IMG/VR virus record: IMGVR_UViG_3300046103_002570
Span: 1 to 28,912 of that record
DNA length: 28,912 nucleotides
Strand: one strand, 5' to 3'
DNA from: a virus
Taxonomy: Duplodnaviria > Caudoviricetes
Part shown: positions 25,555 to 28,912 of the stretch, in pieces
Numbering within the stretch: position 1 is the stretch's first letter
How the letters are laid out: the number at the start of each line of letters is the position of its first letter
Notes under the pieces: generated by a model
Seen by the model: the letters and a program-made list of their open reading frames with translations, nothing else
Told to the model about the DNA's origin: nothing
The model's database searches: none
Program-made: the position numbers and the translations under genes

Positions 25555-25650
25555 CACGGCAATTGTCTCGTTATACCCGAGCCCGATGATGTGCCCTAAA
25601 CCCCAGCGTTTCTGGTTACTTGCAAGGTGTGCTGGAATAACAGCCCCCAG

Positions 25651-25694
25651 AGTCGACCCCAAAAGTCGCCCCAGTCGACCTCAAAAGTCGCCCC
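25651..25694. repeat. 22-bp tandem repeat x2
   Basis: AGTCGACCCCAAAAGTCGCCCC / AGTCGACCTCAAAAGTCGCCCC (one mismatch). Confidence 0.9.
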
Positions 25695-25732
25695 TGGTTG
25701 TGCGGGTATTGCGTGTAGGTAGTGAACCAATC

Positions 25733-25896
25733 CCACTGGGTTTACTTCTGAAACTAGTCACAGCGGACTTAGATGCTCTCGCCGGGACAGCGGGACAGTT
25801 AGCGGGACAGCCCCACCACTGGGTTTACTTCTGAAACTAGTCACAGCGGACCTAGATGCTCTCACCGGGACGGCGGGACAGCTAGCGGGACAGCCC
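25733..25896. repeat. 83-bp-period tandem repeat x2, each copy with three CGGGACAG-like octamers
   Basis: Copies start at 25733 and 25816 (CCACTGGGTTTACTTCTGAAACTAGTCACAGCGG...); 4 mismatches over 81 aligned bp. Confidence 0.95.
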
Positions 25897-25900
25897 AGCA

Positions 25901-26180
25901 GACGGGGTCAAAGGTGCCGTGACCCCGTCCAGAATCGATCTTGTACGGGTGCAGGGGCCTCGTGCACCCGTTGACCTAACACCTGATCCATGAATCCAAC
26001 CGCCACCAGACTCGATCTGGTACGCAACCAGACTCGATCTGGTACGGGGTCAAAGGTGCCGTGACCCCGTTGACATAAGGTCTGATCCATGACTCCAACC
26101 GCAACCAGACTCGATCTGGTACGGGGTCAATGGCACCGTGCCCCCGTTGACATAAGGTCTGATCCATGACTCCAACCGAC
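25901..26180. repeat. Modular palindrome array (77-bp units of two hairpins plus a linker)
   Basis: 27-nt hairpin H at 25902, 25945, 26044, 26121; 17-nt hairpin S (ACCAGA-CTCGA-TCTGGT) at 26005, 26027, 26104 and degenerate at 25928; 33-nt linker L at 25972, 26071, 26148. Confidence 0.93.
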
Positions 26181-26396
26181 TACGACTGGGGTGTCGCGGT
26201 TCAAGCACAGAAGCACCTAGAGCACGGGCTGCGAAACCTAAAGCAGACCGTGCTGCTTCAAGACGCCGAGGCCGAAGCTCTCGTCGAAGAGGTGCAGAGG
26301 ACCAAGGCTGAACTGCAGCGCCTGAAGATCGAGATCAGGACCGTGCTAACGGTGCTCGGTGGTATGGCGAGCACTGCCGCCTGGTTGTTCCGGTAG
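26166..26396 (+). CDS. Small coiled-coil protein with C-terminal hydrophobic helix (76 aa; holin/XhlA-like architecture)
   Basis: TAAGG-8nt-ATG; heptad pattern ALVEEVQRTKAELQRLKIEIR followed by TVLTVLGGMASTAAWLFR; ends 7 bp from the convergent peptidase stop. Confidence 0.6.
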   Translation: MTPTDYDWGVAVQAQKHLEHGLRNLKQTVLLQDAEAEALVEEVQRTKAELQRLKIEIRTVLTVLGGMASTAAWLFR

Positions 26397-26403
26397 TTGG
26401 TTA

Positions 26404-26703
26404 TTAGGCTGGGTCGTACTCGACGTGGAGGTGGTCGCTTTCCAAGACAACGTCGTACCCGTCCCCGAGCCGGATTCTGATCTCTCTCGCAAACCTTACC
26501 TGCTTCGACAGGATCATATCCCGAGTTCGCACATCCAGGGCCGCCCCAGTCACATGCAGTGATGGGAACTCATGCCGTTCTACCGCACCCGTGATCACAA
26601 GTTCGATCGAGAACTCGCGGGCTACGGCGGCCATCACACTAACCGCAACCGACATGGCAATCGCGGGGGAGTGGAACCTAACGCCATCTTTCACGAGGAG
26701 CAT
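26404..26703 (-). CDS. Peptidase M15-family Zn peptidase, probable endolysin (99 aa)
   Basis: SLHVTGAALD (SxHxxGxAxD) and DHLHVEYD (HxH). Start reassigned to the ATG at 26703, which has an AAGGAG RBS 8 nt upstream. Confidence 0.85.
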   Translation of the reverse strand: MLLVKDGVRFHSPAIAMSVAVSVMAAVAREFSIELVITGAVERHEFPSLHVTGAALDVRTRDMILSKQVRFAREIRIRLGDGYDVVLESDHLHVEYDPA

Positions 26704-27371
26704 GACGCGCGCTCCTTGAACTGAGTGATGAGAAGGCACGCATCAGATGCGCGGAGTAGAACGCATGGCAGTTCGTCGACCTGGAAGTCTTCTGAGGGCC
26801 AGTCGATCTTTGCGTTGATCAGCTTGAGGTACGACACTGATCTCATGATGCTAATCGAGTCCCGGTAGGGGGCTCTGTTCTTGGCAACGAACGCCATAGC
26901 TATATCAAACGGGCTGTCGATCGCGGCTTCGGCTTGAAGCAGCGCGTTTGACATATCGCTTGGCAGAGGGTTGACCAACTTCTTGCATTCGAGCGAGAAG
27001 CCTTCAAGAATGACATCGTTCATCCCCGAGCCCTGGAATCCCCTGCCAGTGTGCGGGCCACGTCTCGAGCCGCCCACTTGCTTTGAAACCCATCGCTCGA
27101 ATTCCTTCCACGCCGTGCTCTTTGTGTGCATCCGTTTCGCCCTTTTTTTTCGCGCTACAAACGCAGCGTCCCTCGCTGCCACCCCTTTCGCGCCTGCAGG
27201 ATAGAAGCCACCTCCCGGTGGAACCGTCCCCTCACACAACGTCATCGTCCTGATCGCGGTATCCCGAGCCTTCCCGCAGCCCAAATTCCGACACAGTAGA
27301 TTCTCGTCGAATGTGTGTCCGTAACATGGAGGAAGGTCGCTGCCCTCCGTCCGTTCGGTATCGCTGCTCAC
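26691..27371 (-). CDS. PD-(D/E)xK nuclease, Holliday junction resolvase-like, with N-terminal Cys/His cluster
   Basis: WKEFERWV...NDVILEGFSLECKK catalytic pattern; N-terminal CxxH-x7-C-x4-C; GTGA overlap with the upstream gene. Confidence 0.75.
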   Translation of the reverse strand: MSSDTERTEGSDLPPCYGHTFDENLLCRNLGCGKARDTAIRTMTLCEGTVPPGGGFYPAGAKGVAARDAAFVARKKRAKRMHTKSTAWKEFERWVSKQVGGSRRGPHTGRGFQGSGMNDVILEGFSLECKKLVNPLPSDMSNALLQAEAAIDSPFDIAMAFVAKNRAPYRDSISIMRSVSYLKLINAKIDWPSEDFQVDELPCVLLRASDACLLITQFKERASCSS

Positions 27372-27970
27372 TTATAATGGGCCCCCCCAGACCAGATGAC
27401 AAAAGACTTGCGAACCCCGCTAGTCACTGGCGTGATCCGATGCAGCATGTACGACGGGAAAACTACAACACAACCGGCCTGACGTGGTGCCCGGAAGTAG
27501 TTCGCATCAAACAACTGTCCCCCTTTGAAAAACTCCAACTCGCCGCCCACGTAATCGTCTGCGGCTGAGAGTTGTACTGTGATCGAAACTTTTCTTAATG
27601 ACATCAGTGCTGGGCCGATGTCCTGGTGCCAGTCGTACTTGCCTTTGTCGCTGGCTAGGTACTCCGTGTATTGCACTTGCTCCGGCAGCGACTCAAGATC
27701 GAAGTGCCAAAGCGCCTCATTCGCACGCCAAGCGTAGACCGATAGCTTTTCGTAGAGCCAACTCCAATCCTCGCTTTGTGGAATCCACTTGATGTTCGAT
27801 CGCCTTGTCTCCACTACACCGCCACCAGCAACGGTAGCCTCGGTCAGCGGCAGCAGCGCAACACCAGCCTCTATCCGCTGAAGCTCATCCGCATTGAAGC
27901 CATCCAGAAAGTAGTAGTAGTTTTGCGCGTCCGTTTCCTCGCGCGGATAGATGAGTTGATCCCTTATCAC
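27368..27970 (-). CDS. 2OG-Fe(II) oxygenase (prolyl-4-hydroxylase/PKHD-like)
   Basis: YDWHQD (HxD), RKVSITVQLS, YVGGELEF, VFPSYMLHRITPVTSGVRKSFVIW (distal His and RxS). Confidence 0.93.
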   Translation of the reverse strand: MIRDQLIYPREETDAQNYYYFLDGFNADELQRIEAGVALLPLTEATVAGGGVVETRRSNIKWIPQSEDWSWLYEKLSVYAWRANEALWHFDLESLPEQVQYTEYLASDKGKYDWHQDIGPALMSLRKVSITVQLSAADDYVGGELEFFKGGQLFDANYFRAPRQAGCVVVFPSYMLHRITPVTSGVRKSFVIWSGGAHYK

Positions 27971-28912
27971 TTGAATGTGTCGTCACACTGATTGAACTTG
28001 CAGTTCAGCCAGTCGCGATAGTAGGTTCCGAGTGGCCCTGACGGCGTCGAGCGTGAAAGCATTACATCGATATCCACGAGTGAAGGGTTCTGAGCGTCCT
28101 TGCATATTGTGACACAAAGATCGCTTTTATACTCGAGGGCAGCCCCCTTGATTTTTCCATCCCGCGTGGTCTCGGAGACGGCTAGGAATGCAATCCTACC
28201 GCCCGAGTTCTTCGTGGCCCGCACAGCAAAGTTTCGCCACAACGCAGAGGCCGACCAGTAGTCGATCACTTCGTCGCCACTCCCGTCGCTAGACAAGTCA
28301 ATCAATGCGTTGATCGAGTCGAGTACGATGAGAACCTTATCGTCGCCAGGTTGGATGGCTTCGCGAACCCGGCTGATCGCATCCCTGGGTTGGAACGTGT
28401 AGTCCGGCGTCACCAACGTCATCCTCTCCGCGAGCTGCTCTGGGATCTTGCCATTCGTTTTGCGCATGATCGTCATGATCGCTTCCCGCCTATCCAACTC
28501 TGCGTTTATGTACACACAGCGCCATGCTGCATCCGACAGACATGCCTCGACGGCGCAGTTGAAAGCGAAAAGTGTCTTGCCTGCCTTGGCATCCCCCGCG
28601 CAGGTAGTGAGGCCATAACCGCCACCGCCTGTCATCCTGTCTAACGCTGTCACCCCGGTACTGAACCTCGGCTTGTGGGACTCAGGGACATTCACGAGCG
28701 GATCTACGGCGCTGTTTTCGTCCGGCGTCCGAATCGATTCGGACAAGACCCTCACAAGCTCAACCGCAGAATCGTCGGAGGGCTGACCTGGCCGTCGATA
28801 GAATTCCAGCTCGACCATGAGCGCATCGATGTCCGGCAAGGGACAGCCTACCTGCATGAGCCCGTCCTCGAACTCACTCAGATTTGGAATCGTCTTGGCG
28901 AATGCCGGTCGA
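27967..28912 (-). CDS. DnaB/RecA-family P-loop ATPase, probable replicative helicase (probably 5'-truncated)
   Basis: STGVTALDRMTGG, Walker A AGDAKAGKT, YINAEL, Walker B IVLDSI, ALEYKSD. The frame stays open upstream of the ATG at 28857 to the window edge. Confidence 0.8.
   Translation of the reverse strand, partial: RPAFAKTIPNLSEFEDGLMQVGCPLPDIDALMVELEFYRRPGQPSDDSAVELVRVLSESIRTPDENSAVDPLVNVPESHKPRFSTGVTALDRMTGGGGYGLTTCAGDAKAGKTLFAFNCAVEACLSDAAWRCVYINAELDRREAIMTIMRKTNGKIPEQLAERMTLVTPDYTFQPRDAISRVREAIQPGDDKVLIVLDSINALIDLSSDGSGDEVIDYWSASALWRNFAVRATKNSGGRIAFLAVSETTRDGKIKGAALEYKSDLCVTICKDAQNPSLVDIDVMLSRSTPSGPLGTYYRDWLNCKFNQCDDTFK

Noticed and set aside
22-25599. Many plus-strand ORFs of 60-290 aa
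   Set aside because: Antisense shadows of well-supported minus-strand genes in GC-rich DNA; Ser/Arg-rich and without recognisable motifs.
25586-26167. ORFs 25586-25834 (+), 25908-26090 (-) and 25976-26167 (-)
   Set aside because: They are translations of the DNA repeats; no coding features independent of the repeat structure.
26070-26175. Perfect TTGACA hexamers at 26070 and 26147 as sigma70 promoters
   Set aside because: No acceptable -10 element 16-18 bp downstream (the 17-bp position reads CTCCAA).
25901-26180. CRISPR or TIGR-type guide array
   Set aside because: The units are near-identical with no unique spacers (two loops are the same), and no cas or Nop-domain gene is visible in the window.
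1-28912. Diversity-generating retroelement, suggested by the BPP-1-like head genes
   Set aside because: No reverse transcriptase or TR/VR pair in the window. The 83-bp repeats are adjacent, non-coding and their differences are not adenine-specific. The tail fibre region lies outside the window, so a DGR elsewhere is not excluded.
1-28912. Stop-codon reassignment, tRNA genes or integrase
   Set aside because: TAA, TAG and TGA all end tightly packed genes under the standard code; no tRNA cloverleaf or integrase motif was noticed.

Overview
Part of a tailed dsDNA phage genome of the podovirus type, with BPP-1/epsilon15-like head proteins and a T7-like tail/ejection gene order. Nearly all genes are on the minus strand. 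Read from right to left: a 5'-truncated DnaB/RecA-family ATPase, a 2OG-Fe(II) oxygenase, a PD-(D/E)xK resolvase-like nuclease, an M15 peptidase (likely endolysin), a lone plus-strand coiled-coil/TM gene, a ~530 bp block of repeats and palindromes, terS, terL, portal, scaffold, major capsid, cement protein, tail adaptor, tail nozzle, two internal virion proteins, a 3760-aa polyvalent ejection protein and the start of a probable tail fibre gene. Best leads: (1) the giant protein appears to carry two ADP-ribosyltransferase-like domains, an HhH-glycosylase-like domain, a SAM-lyase-like domain and a zincin peptidase, separated by recurring F/H-Q-P motifs; (2) a small same-strand +1-frame ORF with its own RBS is nested inside it; (3) a modular hairpin array with compensatory substitutions lies upstream of terS; (4) an RNA stem occludes the RBS at the head-to-tail gene boundary. 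All domain calls come from reading motifs by eye; no searches were run.
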